Positions 1 through 11,839 of a stretch of DNA of 64,000 bases are shown here, in pieces. The translations under genes were made by a program, and so were the position numbers. The notes beneath the pieces were generated by a model. That model was not told the origin of the DNA. It saw only the letters and a program-made list of their open reading frames with translations, and made no database searches. Positions within the stretch are counted from its first letter, which is position 1. Each line of letters begins with the position of its first letter. This DNA is from Octopus bimaculoides (lineage: Eukaryota): NCBI RefSeq assembly GCF_001194135.2, contig NC_068983.1, positions 83,610,421 through 83,674,420 of the forward strand. The letters run 5' to 3'.

Positions 1-196
1 TTTTTCTTGAATTCAGGAAGACTCAATAACATAATTATAGTGAATGATAATACAGTACATACTTCTAGCATCAATGTGATTTATATAAGTTTGAAATTCA
101 GAAATTAAAGTTAATACATCAAATTTATTTAAAAGTATATTCAATTTAATTTTAGTTTTAGATTGACTATTTTCATGTTAGTATGAATTGAATTGT

Positions 197-579
197 GGAG
201 ACGCAATCATCCAGTGGTGAGGGCAGCGGACTCGCGGTCATAGGATCGCGGTTTCGATTCCCAGACCAGGCATTGTGAGTGTTTATTGAGTGAAAATGCC
301 TAAAGCTCTACGTGGCTCCAGCAGGGGATGGTGGCAAACCCTGCTGTACTCTTCCACCACAACTTTCTCTCACTCTTACTTCCTGTTTCTGTTGTACCTG
401 TATTTCAAGGGGTCAGTCTTGTCACACTGTGTCACACTGAATATCTCCGAGAACTACCTTGAGGGTACACGTGTCTGTGGATTGCTCAGCCACTTACATG
501 TTAATTTCACGAGCAGGCTGTTCCGTTGATTGGATCAAGTGGAACCCTCGACGTCGTAAGCGATGGAGTGCCAACAACA
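197..579 (+). mobile_element. tRNA-derived SINE, full length (family also at 46540-46919 and 55955-56260)
   Basis: Degenerate A-box plus B-box-like GGTTTCGATTCC; high similarity over ~380 bp to 46540-46919; (CAA)n tail; 10-bp direct repeat ATGAATTGAA at 183-192 and 579-588 (TSD). Confidence 0.85.
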
Positions 580-1319
580 TGAATTGAAATAGTATAAACT
601 TTATATTTGTGGATATCTTTGTCCCAAAAGGTTCTTTGAATCTAAACCAAACCAACAATGGGATGGGAACAGTTCCAATTTCAAGCTAATAAAGGTGCTT
701 CAATGTGCAAGAAATAGCAACCAAATATCTCTCAAACCACCCTCTACCATCTTTAAAAATTGGATAATGTGGTCCATATCAAACTACAACTAGCATTTAC
801 TTTATTAGCTCAGAAAACAGATACACCAAAGTAAATCCTGATCAGATTTGAACTCAAAGTGAACTGAATCCCACTAGATAATACTTTATTATATTTTGCT
901 GACTCCATCTGGTTGATCACAATAACTAATGCAAATCATTACCTGTTCAACTTAAACTTTCAGTCTTACACTTTCTAGTAAAATAAGAACTGAAATGCAA
1001 TTTCAGTGTGTGCAGTGATGGTGGATGATGGCAGGTGGGTGGGGTGGGGTAACTAGAATATGTTTTATATATTAAATTAGTAGAATACCGCAAAACATCT
1101 AATTGGCAATAATGTCTCTGCCAAATGTCTACCAGTATTACATGGCAATAATAACAAGCATAAGAAACCCAAGAAAAAAATTTCAATATGAAAATAAAAT
1201 TAGTATCATATTAGAATGTAAAGAAAATGGCTGGCAGATTCATTACAATGCTGGATAAAATGTTTATCAGCATTTCTTCTGGCTCTTTATGTCTTGAGTT
1301 CAAATCCTGTTGAGGTCAA

Positions 1320-1900
1320 TTTTGTTTTTCACGTGTGACACATGAGGTTTTCGAGCGAGATCGTCGCTGGTGCCCCTGGACTGGCTCATATGCAGGCGAC
1401 ACATGAAATCTTTCGAGCGGGATCGTTGCCAGTGCACCTGGACTGGCTCTTGTGCGGGTGACACATGAAATTATTTGAGTGAGTTTGTTGCCAGTGCCCC
1501 TGAACTGGCTCTTGTGTGGGACCGTCATAGGATTTTCGAGTGAGATCGTTGCCAGTGCCCCTGGACTGGCTCATGTGCGGGCGACACATGAAATCTTTCG
1601 AGTGGGATTGTTGCCGGTGCCCCTGGATTGGCTCATGTGCGGGCGACACATGAAATCTTCCGAGCGGGATCGTTGCCGGTGCCCCTGGGCTGGCTCNNNN
1701 NNNNNNNNNNNNNNNNNNNNNNNNNNNNNNNNNNNNNNNNNNNNNNNNNNNNNNNNNNNNNNNNNNNNNNNNNNNNNNNNNNNNNNNNNNNATGCAGGCG
1801 ACACATGAAATCTTTCGAGCGGGATCGTTGCCAGTGCACCTGGACTGGCTCTTGTGCGGGTGACACATGAGGTTTCTCGAGCGAGATGAGCATGGCCGTT
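1320..1900. repeat. ~62-bp tandem minisatellite (about 9 units, interrupted by an N-gap)
   Basis: ACATGAAA anchor recurs at 1401, 1463, 1586 and 1648; unit approx GGCGACACATGAAATCTTTCGAGCGGGATCGTTGCCAGTGCCCCTGGACTGGCTCTTGTGCG. Confidence 0.9.
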
Positions 1901-2116
1901 GCCAGTACTGCCTGACTGGCCTTCGTGCGGGTGACATGTAAAAGCACCCACTACACTCTCTGAGTGGTTGGCGTTAGGAAGGGCATCCAGCTGTAGAAAC
2001 TCTGCCAAATCAGATTGGAGCCTGGTGTAGCCATCTGGTTTCACCAGTCCTCAGTCAAATCATCCAACCCATGCTAGCATGGAAAGCGGACGTTAAACGA
2101 CGACGACGACGACGAT
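1320..2116 (+). mobile_element. 3' UTR/tail of an RTE-type LINE containing a 62-bp minisatellite
   Basis: Ends GGAAAGCGGACGTTAAA(CGA)n; nearly identical to 14349-14635 (reverse) and 45580-45790. The 14349 copy lies downstream of an RT ORF on the same strand. Confidence 0.8.
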
Positions 2117-2239
2117 CCTACTAGGTATCAATAAAATAAGAACCAGTTTGGTACTGGAGCCAATGTATTCAACTTACCTTCTACCCTAAAATTACTGGCC
2201 TTGTGCCATAATTTGAGACCATTATTATACTAGAATGTA

Positions 2240-2460
2240 AGGCAGCAAGCTGGCAGAATCATTAGCACACCAAGCAAAATGCTTAGAAGCATTTTGTCTG
2301 TCTTTACATTCTGAGTTCAAATTCTACCAAGGTGAATTTTGCCTATCCTCCTTCTACAGTTGCTAAAAAAAATGCCATTTGAACACTAGAGTCAATATAA
2401 TTGACTATCCCCTGTTCCCCAAAATTACTGGCCTTGTGCCAAAATTTGAAACCATTATTA
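2240..2460 (+). mobile_element. SINE family with GACTTTGCCTTTCATCC core (Meta-SINE-like); many copies in the window
   Basis: GCTGGCAGAATC...TTCTGAGTTCAAATTC...TTTGCCT(T/A)TC motif, repeated at 27030, 28040(-), 29725, 30010, 35740(-), 39310, 52355 and 55435. Confidence 0.75.
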
Positions 2461-2480
2461 TACTAAAATGTAATGTAAAG

Positions 2481-2817
2481 ACCTCCTTTGATCATGGATG
2501 ACCATGGGATTGCACCTAGAAAGTTACCCTCTGAGGCACACGTCTGGGCAAGATTGTTTTTGTGGAAGACCAGCAGTCACCCATGCATACCAGCCTCCCC
2601 TCTCTGTGCCACTAATGTTATCCAAGAGAAAGACAAAGGCCAATACAGCTTGGCACCAATGATGTCACAACTCATTTCTACAGCTGAGTGAATTAGAGCA
2701 ATGAGAAATAAAGTGTCTTGCTCAAGAACACAGCACACAGTCTGATCTGGGAATCAAACTCATAACCTCAGGATTGTAAGCCCAATGCTCTGACCACTGA
2801 CCCATGCATCTTCACTA
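2481..2817 (-). mobile_element. tRNA-derived SINE
   Basis: Reverse strand shows a tRNA-like head (CAGTGGTCAGAG...GTTTGATTCC) and CTTGAGCAAGACACTTTA core; related fragments at 5487-5800 and 19975-20100. Confidence 0.65.
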
Positions 2818-3217
2818 GAATGTAGTAAATAGGACAAAATACACTTAGAATATCAGAAACATTATTCGTCAGGAGACAAAATACAATTTAGTTTTCAGAA
2901 ACATTAAAAATTATTCCAAAAATGATTTAGCAGAAAACGCCTAGTAAATTAGAAGCCTCTTAGCTGGCTATTAATACTAAACAAAAGTTCTTCTTGCTGT
3001 TAAATGTTTATAAATATCCACAATTGTGATAATATTGGTACCAACAGTATAACAGGAATGTTGACTTCTCTTTCATCTCATTGAAACATCTGCAAGCGAT
3101 TGACCACCCTCCCCACCACTCACACACACATACAACCAGATAGAATTTTGACAATGAGTGATGATTTCTAGTAACATCTGGCAGCTTAACTTGATTTCAA
3201 AAATAATACTAGTATTA

Positions 3218-3218
3218 C

Positions 3219-3261
<43 letters not shown>

Positions 3262-3298
3262 AGTGGTGGTGCTGGTGCTGCTGATGATGATGATGATG
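3218..3298. repeat. (TAG)n/(GGT)n/(GAT)n microsatellite
   Basis: Direct reading. Confidence 0.95.
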
Positions 3299-6018
3299 TT
3301 TAACTCCAGGTCAGCTGTGATTGAGCAGACCTACAACAAAGACTATTTCCATCTTGTACTTTGTTTTTTTGGTGGGAACATCTAGAATTAGGACTACATT
3401 ATATAATGTGTTCTTTTTCTAAGAAAGGAGAGTGTCATTTGAGAGAAATTTGGTTGCTATATCTTGCAAACTGAGTAACTACCTATCGGCTTCTTCATTG
3501 TTTCATTACTGCAGCAAGACAGAATGGTTAAGACGTTTGCTTCACAACCAGGAAGTTTGATCCTCCTTTGTAACATATTCAACATTTTTGAATAAAGCTG
3601 AGTTAACAGATACTAGTCAGAAGCCATCGAATGGATCATAACTGTATTATACACACTGTATCATACTGATTCTCGTTGAGAATTACATTAAGTTATACAC
3701 ATTAATTTAAAGAAATTATGATTCACATGAGCAAACAAATAAATACTCATCATCAAAATCAAGAGAGGATCTATTTAAGTTGTTGTTGTTGTTCTATAAT
3801 TAAAATAGCAAATTCAAAACCATTCTTGTCTGGTTTGGCACTGGTGATTAAGTATCAAATATTCTTTCCTTGTTACATTGGTTTCAGCCCAGGTAATGAT
3901 CTTCATTCAGTGCAGTACTGGGCCGAAAAACCAGCAAGCTTGGGACCAGAAGTGGCCCAGATTTATGGTTGTACTAGTTTTCTGGAGTAAGCCTAAATAT
4001 ATAATTAAAATATAAAATAAACTGTGAAAAGAAAAGAATTAAATTGTATTTAACAGATTCAAATGAACACATTTCTAAAGCAGTCTCTTTGATATCTATT
4101 AATCCACTTAAAATTCTTAAAATATATCATATTGTAGCATGTATACAACATAAAGTTTAGAGGAGAAAATTAATTGAAGAAAAGTAAAGAACATAATTCT
4201 ATTCAACAGATACAGGTACAAATTAATACACCTCTAAAGCAGAGTCTATTCAATCTTTATTAATACAAATACAACAGCAAAGAACAAAACCTTTTAAAAC
4301 ATTGTTTGCAAATTAATCAACTTCATAAACATAGTCTGTTTACTCAATACAGGGTACAGTATATTGTATGATGTTACCCAGTATTCCAGGATTTCTAGAA
4401 GCCAGATAAGAGATCCATTACTATATTGCAATTTACTATGACTACTCATATGTTAAAGTAAACTCTTAACTCTGTTTCTATTTTGTAGTTGTATCCTTCA
4501 TGGTAGGATATGACTTCAGTTTCAAATGACTAACAAAAGGCTCCCAACAATGGAAACTTTACATTTCTTAACCTTTCGTAAATGGCAGATAGACAAATTA
4601 ATTGTACCTATTTTACAGTCAGACTGACTGAGTCAGTTAAGAATTAAGTATCTTCGTCATGTATGACCCAAATAAAGGCAGAACCAATAAATATGGTCAC
4701 CTGCTTTGCTAAAGATTGTAACAAAATTTCCCACAAATCACACTCAACTGTTTTGAAGCACATTTTGAATAATGTGGTTCTGGATTCCCTGTGCATAGAA
4801 GAAAAGACAAGATGGTCAAGGCTGGAATGCCACTGATCCCAGGTCTGTTCCATTAAGATTAATATGGGGTAAAGCAACCACCACAGCAAAAGCAATAACA
4901 GCTAACTAAAGTATGCAAACAATGGATCATTCAGTTAGCAATGGAAAACCTGACACAACAAGCAATGGTTCTCTAAGCATTATAAAATATCATGATTACT
5001 GCATTATGTTTTTACTGTTATTATTTCACCTCAGTGCAGACTTGAATTACTTGATTTTGCCAAGTTACAATGGACAGTTTGTGGGAGATAATAAACTAAG
5101 AATGCACACCTGAATTCAATATTTCATTCTCAGAGATAAACCAATGCCAAATGCCTAAAAGCCAAATAAATCTTTAATGAAAAAGTTTGGTTGTTATTTG
5201 AATCCTTTCTTGGAGACGATAGCAGTAGCAATGTTAGAGCTGGAAACTACTTTTGTAACAATTACAGAAGAGTGAGGAGTATGTTGTTGCTGTTATTCAT
5301 ATTCTTAAGCTCCAGGTCAATGCTGACTGTCCTCACCTATGGCATTTCAATAGTTAATTGTATGTTGAGTGCCAAGTCAACCATGATTGAGCAGCAAACT
5401 TATCATCTAAAACACTCCAGCCATAACAAACCTGTTTTCACACACACACACATTATATATATATATATATACATGTCAAAGTGCATAGCCTAATGGTTGG
5501 GGTATTGTACTCATGGCTGGTCGCTACATTGTGGGTTTGATTCCCAAACCAAGCTGTACATTGTGTTCTTGAGCAAAACACTTCATTTCCTATTGCTCCA
5601 CTCCACTCAACTGTAAATGGATAACCCTGCGATGGAACAGCCTTCCAATCAGGGGTAATGTTGGCTTGTTTGCTTATCAAGCAGGATGACATCATTTGAA
5701 AGCTAAAACGATGTAAAACACATTGTGACCAGTGATGTATAACAATATCTGGTAGTCTGGTCAATACCATGAGATACATATATACAATTCGATTTTGAGC
5801 AGAGCCATTGCTTGATTTCCTTATGCCCCAGAATATCATCGATGAGCTGTATAAATATGACTTTTGAGGCCTGCCAAAGACTTGCATGCTTTTTGACAAT
5901 TAGTGCAAGAAAACTTGGTGATTGTATAGTCTACAGTTCCATGAACTTTACTATGCCTTTTCAAGCTAATTTTTGATCTGCATTCTTTATGACAGAGTAT
6001 GCATTCGAAATCATCTGT

Positions 6019-6577
6019 CTATCTATAATCAATATGCAGTTGTGCAATGTGTGATTTCACATGGCTCTTTAGCCCAGACTTACTGAGACAAATCTTTCCA
6101 CATTTATCACATGTAAGATCATTACATTCATTAATGCTTGTTAGAACATCATTCCTGTCACTTTTTCTCATCGGTCTTTTGATCTTTGCATGCTCCATTC
6201 TCTTCTTTACAAATTCATTTGTGCCTTCATACACAACTTTTTTTCCACTTTTCTTGACAATGTGCTAAACCTTCCCAGTTGTCAATTGGAACATTTATCT
6301 TATTCAATCCCAACTTCAGACAATCTTTGTACCTCATCTTTGGTTTGTGGGATGAACACTTACCTGCCATCAATTCTCCATAAAAATGTTGTTTAGGCAT
6401 TCTGTCATCTGTCATTCTGACTAAGTGTCCATTCCATCTCAATCTGTATTGCAATAACAAAGCCTCAATACTGACGCATTTCCATCTTTCAAGCACCTCA
6501 TCGTCACTCAGAAACATTTTCCAACATACATACATTTCATTAGAGGATATTTTAACTTTGAGAAGGAATGGTTGCAT
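6019..6577 (-). mobile_element. RTE-clade LINE ORF C-terminal remnant with C2H2 zinc finger
   Basis: RLRWNGHLVRMTDDRMPKQHFYGEL...KPKMRYKDCLK...WEGLAH, followed by CDKCGKICLSKSGLKSHVKSH; frameshifted between two track ORFs. Confidence 0.9.
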
Positions 6578-7282
6578 CCAAGGAGTACTGGTTCAATACC
6601 TAGTATTGTTGGGGAATGAAATTCCCTTAAAAGAATAGGTATATATTAAGCATATAGTTTATATCCAGTTGAAAGAAGAAAAGAAAATGGAGACAAGGAA
6701 GTTAATTATTTGTTGTTAACAAATTGGCCATCTTCACTTCTTACAGCCGTTTCAATTAATATTCAATAATTTAATTACAAATTTGTACATTAAATTTGCA
6801 TTTATGTAAGCATAATCTCATCAGAGGACAAAAAAAGCTGTGCCATGGAATGTTATATGTCGACCTATTTCAGCAGACTTTCTTAAAAAAGAGAATACAT
6901 TGGACTGATATATATATATAGGGAGATTTAACTGTTGTTTCAAGATGGTTGAATGATCAAATAGGGGTCCGTCCATTGGCTTTAACCAATAGACAGTTAC
7001 ATCATACTTCTATGTATTTAAGGTGCACGCCATGCACACCAATACGTAGTAGCTGAGCTGTCGTACTGGATTTTTTTTATTTGTTGCATAAACTGCTTGA
7101 ATGTTTGCATGCAGCCTATCTGCAGACGACTGTGATCATGTGAAATACATTGATTTGTATTACACGTTCTTTGCAGTATGCTGCAGCAAATCTGCAATAA
7201 ACCTTGATGTAGCTAAAATAGTCTTTGTACATAAGTTTGTTGTTTTTTTATGTTGGCTAAATACGTGAGGGTTAGGTCTATG

Positions 7283-7835
7283 TACGAGATCTGTTCAAAA
7301 AGAAAATGAACATTAAAAAAAAGTTATTTAGATACCAATCAATCAGACCAATCTCCTTCAAAAGAGTTCTTTCCACAGCTCACGTTTTTATTTTTGTTTT
7401 GCTTTATTTTTGTTTTGTTTTTTTGTTTTGAATTTCGTCTTCAGAGGAAGCATGCAATTTTCGTGAATTTTCCTCAGTCATTTCTATTGCTTGAAATCGG
7501 CGACATTTGGGGGTGGGGTAGATTTCAACTTCGGAGAGTGAAAAAAGAAAAGTCTACGGGAGCCAAATCGGAAGATTAGGGTAACTAGGGGACAAGAGTC
7601 GTCTCAAGTTTTGCCAGAAGTAATGGACGAGAAATAACACGTGTGCAAATGCGTTGTTATTCTTTTAGTCCATGTCCCAAGTCTCTTTCTTAGCACTGCT
7701 TCTCCCAATTGCATCGGGACATCCGAGTTAAACTTTCTGCTGATCGCTTGACGATGTGAAACAAACTCGTGATGAAAGCACTCTCCCAATAACAAAAAGA
7801 CGATCATCACCACTGTAGCGAGGCACAAAGAAGTC
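7283..7835 (-). mobile_element. Tc1/mariner transposase C-terminal fossil with one TIR
   Basis: HHEFVS..Q.I..KFNSDV..QLGEAV.RKR..WT, FFF.SPKLKST and SFEGD motifs; TA|CGAGATCTGTTCAAAAAG TIR-like end at 7283. Confidence 0.8.
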
Positions 7836-8061
7836 AGCGCCATTTTGAAATAGCGGGATCCCGCCTGCAACCATTGCCATACGCGAGAAAAAAACGAGAT
7901 CGCGCCTGCAACCATTATTCAAGGAAAAGACAACAACATTTTCCCCCTCATGCTTTACATAATGTTCGAATTGATTTGGTGTATTTGCTGATCGTGTGAA
8001 GAATTGTTGGCTGTTTTGTGCTGCTTTGCAGCGGTTTTCTGGTTGTGCTTTCTCTCCGCCT
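7836..8061 (-). mobile_element. Unclassified DNA-element end, possibly Kolobok-like
   Basis: Minus strand reads TTAA|AGGCGG (Kolobok-type TTAA plus RR terminus); internal direct repeat CGCCTGCAACCATT; CpG-rich. Other end not found. Confidence 0.3.
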
Positions 8062-8669
8062 TTAAGGAGAGTTAGCCATGGCAATGGTAGAGAATATGTT
8101 CTGTTCGGACCTAAATGGGTCCGAACTGTCCTCTTCCGAGGAGGAGCTCGTACGAGCAATTGATAGAATGGACAAGTGTTTAAGGAAGAAAAATTTTGCT
8201 GAAATGACAGAAGTCACAAAAAAAAAAAAAAAAANNNNNNNNNNNNNNNNNNNNNNNNNNNNNNNNNNNNNNNNNNNNNNNNNNNNNNNNNNNNNNNNNN
8301 NNNNNNNNNNNNNNNNNNNNNNNNNNNNNNNNNNNNNNNNNNNNNNNNNNNNNNNNNNNNNNNNNNNNNNNNNNNNNNNNNNNNNNNNNNNNNNNNNNNN
8401 NNNNNNNNNNNNNNNNNNNNNNNNNNNNNNNNNNNNNNNNNNNNNNNNNNNNNNNNNNNNNNNNNNNNNNNNNNNNNNNNNNNNNNNNNNNNNNNNNNNN
8501 NNNNNNNNNNNNNNNNNNNNNNNNNNNNNNNNNNNNNNNNNNNNNNNNNNNNNNNNNNNNNNNNNNNNNNNNNNNNNNNNNNNNNNNNNNNNNNNNNNNN
8601 NNNNNNNNNNNNNNNNNNNNNNNNNNNNNNNNNNNNNNNNNNNNNNNNNNNNNNNNNNNNNNNNNNNNN

Positions 8670-8768
8670 GCCGACTACATAAACAAACGATTCTGAAACA
8701 ATTAACCCTAACCCTAGGGTTGGGGTTAAAGCAAATAAAACGAAGAATCGTTTGTTTATGTAGTCGGC
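8670..8768. repeat. Nested inverted repeat (25-bp perfect arms around a 14-bp telomere-hexamer palindrome)
   Basis: 8670-8694 is the exact reverse complement of 8744-8768; 8702-8729 = TTAACCCTAACCCT|AGGGTTGGGGTTAA. Confidence 0.95.
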
Positions 8769-10000
8769 AGTTAATGTATATCGGCTGAATGGACGTCAGT
8801 GATTGGTTGAAATTATCGAAATAAGACAATTTTTTACATGAAATAAATTCGAATCCAAAAGTATTTTTCTGTTCTATAACACAAAATAGATAAGTATACG
8901 AAGTTTGAAAGTCTTTCGGTACCAAAAACACTACGTAAAACATTAATGAAAAATGTGGCCCCCGTTTTAAAAAAAGATCCAGAAGTTTTTCTTAGAAATA
9001 CAATATTTAAATTAAATAACGCAATACGTATATTTTAAACACAAATTCAAAGCTTTTGTCAGGGTTAAAATATGAATGGAACAATGTTGTATCATAACTC
9101 ATAATGTCCAAAGGTTCAATATAATTTAATCGCATAATTCTTCACTCGTTGATAATTTTCGTAAGAAAATAATATAGCGAGCATTAATCCGCGCAAATAT
9201 CAAGAAAGATACATGTACTGGAGAGGAAAGCATGTTGGGAAAATATAGATGATATACTACAGCATAAAATCTATTTCTGTTTGTTTTGCTTTGTGCTATT
9301 GTTTGTTGTTTGTAGCGCTGAATAAATGGCACGGAACTACAAAAGTTTTAGAATCTCTGAAATAGAGGGGTTCCATAGTTATATCGCTATTGTCACCTTT
9401 ATACAGTTATACCGTCAATGCAAAAGTTGTTGAAAGGGGTAATTTATTGAGATTATTAATCCCACAGTTGTGATTGTGGAAAAGAAAAATATTCGGAAAT
9501 TTTTAAATACATTGGATGTATGTTTGAATTTATAGATATCGATATACTAAAATTTACTGAAATTGCCCGAAGAAGATTTTAAAATAATTCCCATCTTATA
9601 AAAAAAAAAGTTTTTATTAAAATAAATATTCTTCATATGTTGAATTCTTATCAACTTTTAGTTTCGGTCTTCCACACTATACATACATATATGTATATGT
9701 TTATATATTTATTTATATATCTATATGCGTGTGCATGTATTTAAATATACGAATTTGTATATGTGTGTGTGTAAATGTATATATGTATATAGAGAGATTT
9801 ATTAATGAGGGTAGAAATTGATATTAATCAATTAAAACCAGTGGTCTAGCATATTTTTGTATGTATATAGGGAGAGATAGTTAGATATATACATATAGGG
9901 CTTTCCTATAAGTAGGTTATCTCCCTTGGCTAGGCGGCGCTCCATGTAGACAATTAAACTTCCGCAGACTATCCACGCCATTGTTATTGTTTTACGTCTT

Positions 10001-10118
10001 ATGGATACAAAGCAGCTCGATGATTCCGCTATCGAAGTACTTCTGTGCCTGAGTTAAAGAAATATTTAAGATTATATGGACAGTGTGTTACTGGAAGAAA
10101 GGCGGACTTGATTGAAAG
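10001..10118 (+). pseudogene. SAP-domain N-terminus of a transposon accessory gene (1-nt frameshift)
   Basis: MDTKQLDD/FRYRSTSVPELKKYLRLYGQCVTGRKADLIER matches the SAP pattern (ELK..L..G....G.KADLIER); followed by a possible AG|gtataa donor. Confidence 0.8.
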
Positions 10119-10576
10119 GTATAAAAATTCTGTCGATGAAGAACGTCAACAAAGTAAATTCATCGGATGATAAGTCTGAAATATTTTGCAAATAAGTTAA
10201 ATACGGTTTTACGTGGGCATAGCTTTCAGCAACCATTCACTGATTTGGCCATGAGCATGATGAGGTGAGAAGAGATAGGGACAGTCACACTATAAAGTCT
10301 AATAATTAGAGGAATATTAGATTCAATGCTATAAAGAAAAATATCATAGCTAGGTTTACTCGGAATTCCCACATTCATTCAGAACATTAACAACAATTTC
10401 AATGTATTTATTATTTGAATGCAAAATTCTTTATTAAAAATACCTGTACATCAACACACCAATTATTAGATTAAACATTCGTGTTTAGCCCAACGTACAC
10501 CACTTGAATTTTAACATGTTCTAATCTGTTAATGAAGAGATAAATCAAAGAGACATTTCACTCATCATGCACTTAC

Positions 10577-10846
10577 TGATATTTTAAATACTTTATTTGG
10601 AAAAACGGATGGCAAGGGGTGATCTTTCGATGGTCCATTACAATTGACGAAATGCTGGGAACACATTTGGCTATTTGCAGTGTAAACAAAGTCTTTCCTC
10701 ACAAGTCTCGATCTCTGAAGCCAAATACGACGAATAGCTACGTTTGCAGGATATCTATGTAGTGAAATAACTTTGCTGTCTACATTCTTCCCTCTATAGT
10801 GGCTGCATATACAGCAGTATTTGCGTGATTTCTTCGGGTGAGTCGT
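10577..10846 (-). pseudogene. THAP (C2CH) DNA-binding domain exon of a transposase
   Basis: Open 90 codons THPKKSRKYCCICSHYRGKNVDSKVISLHRYPANVAIRRIWLQRSRLVRKDFVYTANSQMCSQHFVNCNGPSKDHPLPSVFPNKVFKIS ending at a gtaagt donor; ACG sits where the start ATG is expected. Confidence 0.85.
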
Positions 10847-11839
10847 CTGCGGAAGTTAAAGCAAGTCACTGAGCATGCGTACATGTCATACGGGAGAGTT
10901 CCAATCAGGGGTGGATAACAACCTTATAGGAACCCCCTATACGTAATATATCCGTATATGCATTTATGTACACTAGTGTAGGTGTGTACTAACGGGTTAC
11001 AATTTTAATATAGCAAATTATTTTGGGCATGTAAAACAAGGTGAATCAAAATAACGATGTGTACATTCATTTTTAATATGGTTCGGCAGATTCAAGCTTA
11101 TACATTGCTTTTCACTGTTGGATTTACCCTTGAAGAATGACTTCTCATAGAAAATGTACGTAAACAACATATTCGCAAGTGATGTCGATGGACTAACAAA
11201 TACGGGTGATTCAGCGTTTTGCACCTCCTCAAAGATAGACATTACCGGGTGTGTCATAGTCCATGGCTTTTATACATACAAAAACAACACTCTACAGCAA
11301 CTCGTCACACCAAGCTCTTGAGGGAAAGTTAATTTAAAGCACGAACTCAGAACGCTGAGTGAAAGAATTCGTTATCGTAGAAAGATGTTCTACGCAACCG
11401 GCACACATACTAAGTTTGCTTTCAATTCATAGGCATTGTATCGGGAGATGAGGAAGAAAGACATTACCGTTAAGAAAACCACTTCTCAACAAGATCTTGA
11501 AAATAGATTTCAACCAGAATGCATCGTAGCTAGATGCAGTTGGGAAAAATGTTCTGCTAACCTCAACAGTAAAACATTTACAATCGACCCAGAAACACAG
11601 CACTTCCGCCTATCAGTCCTAATTGACTTGGGGATAAGACCTCGTATTCACCGAAAATAGGAATGAACTCTTGTGTATCGGAAACTCTGGTCTTGCTGGT
11701 GGCTACCACATCTAAATCTAGTGATATGGGATTGTTGAGCATGTGGCCCTGTTCCCATGTAACAGAGATGACGAAGAAATTAAATAACAAGTATCAAACA
11801 AGAAAATAAGAAAAGAGGAAAATAACCACATATACAAAA

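Larger units (their letters stand above)
9897..10938. mobile_element. Internally deleted ISL2EU-like (PIF/Harbinger-related) DNA transposon
   Basis: TIRs AGGGCTTTCCTATAAGTAGGTTATC and AGGGGGTTCCTATAAGGTTGTTATC (20/25 identical); AT dinucleotide on both flanks; convergent SAP (+) and THAP (-) gene heads. Confidence 0.75.

Noticed and set aside
197-270. tRNA gene
   Set aside because: The tRNA-like A/B boxes are SINE heads followed by a SINE body and TSD; same for the other copies.
943-989. - strand exon (ttgcatttcag...CAG|gtaatg)
   Set aside because: Stops in all frames; could only be UTR or chance.
1320-1900. 62-bp repeats as a CRISPR-like array
   Set aside because: Contiguous tandem units with no unique spacers, inside a eukaryotic LINE 3' UTR; no cas genes.
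4699-4789. - strand exon ESRTTLFKMCFKTVECDLWEILLQSLAKQ and a downstream SFETEVISYHEGY.. segment
   Set aside because: Phase-compatible, but the donor (gtgacc) is weak and there is no link to the other exons; insufficient support.
6019-6234. C2H2 zinc-finger ORF as a member of the cephalopod ZNF expansion
   Set aside because: A single finger directly downstream of RTE LINE C-terminal motifs; it is part of the retroelement ORF.
8078-8233. ORF MAMVENMFCSDLNGSELSSSEEEL.. as a gene or transposase start
   Set aside because: Runs into poly-A and an N-gap after ~50 codons; no recognisable domain.
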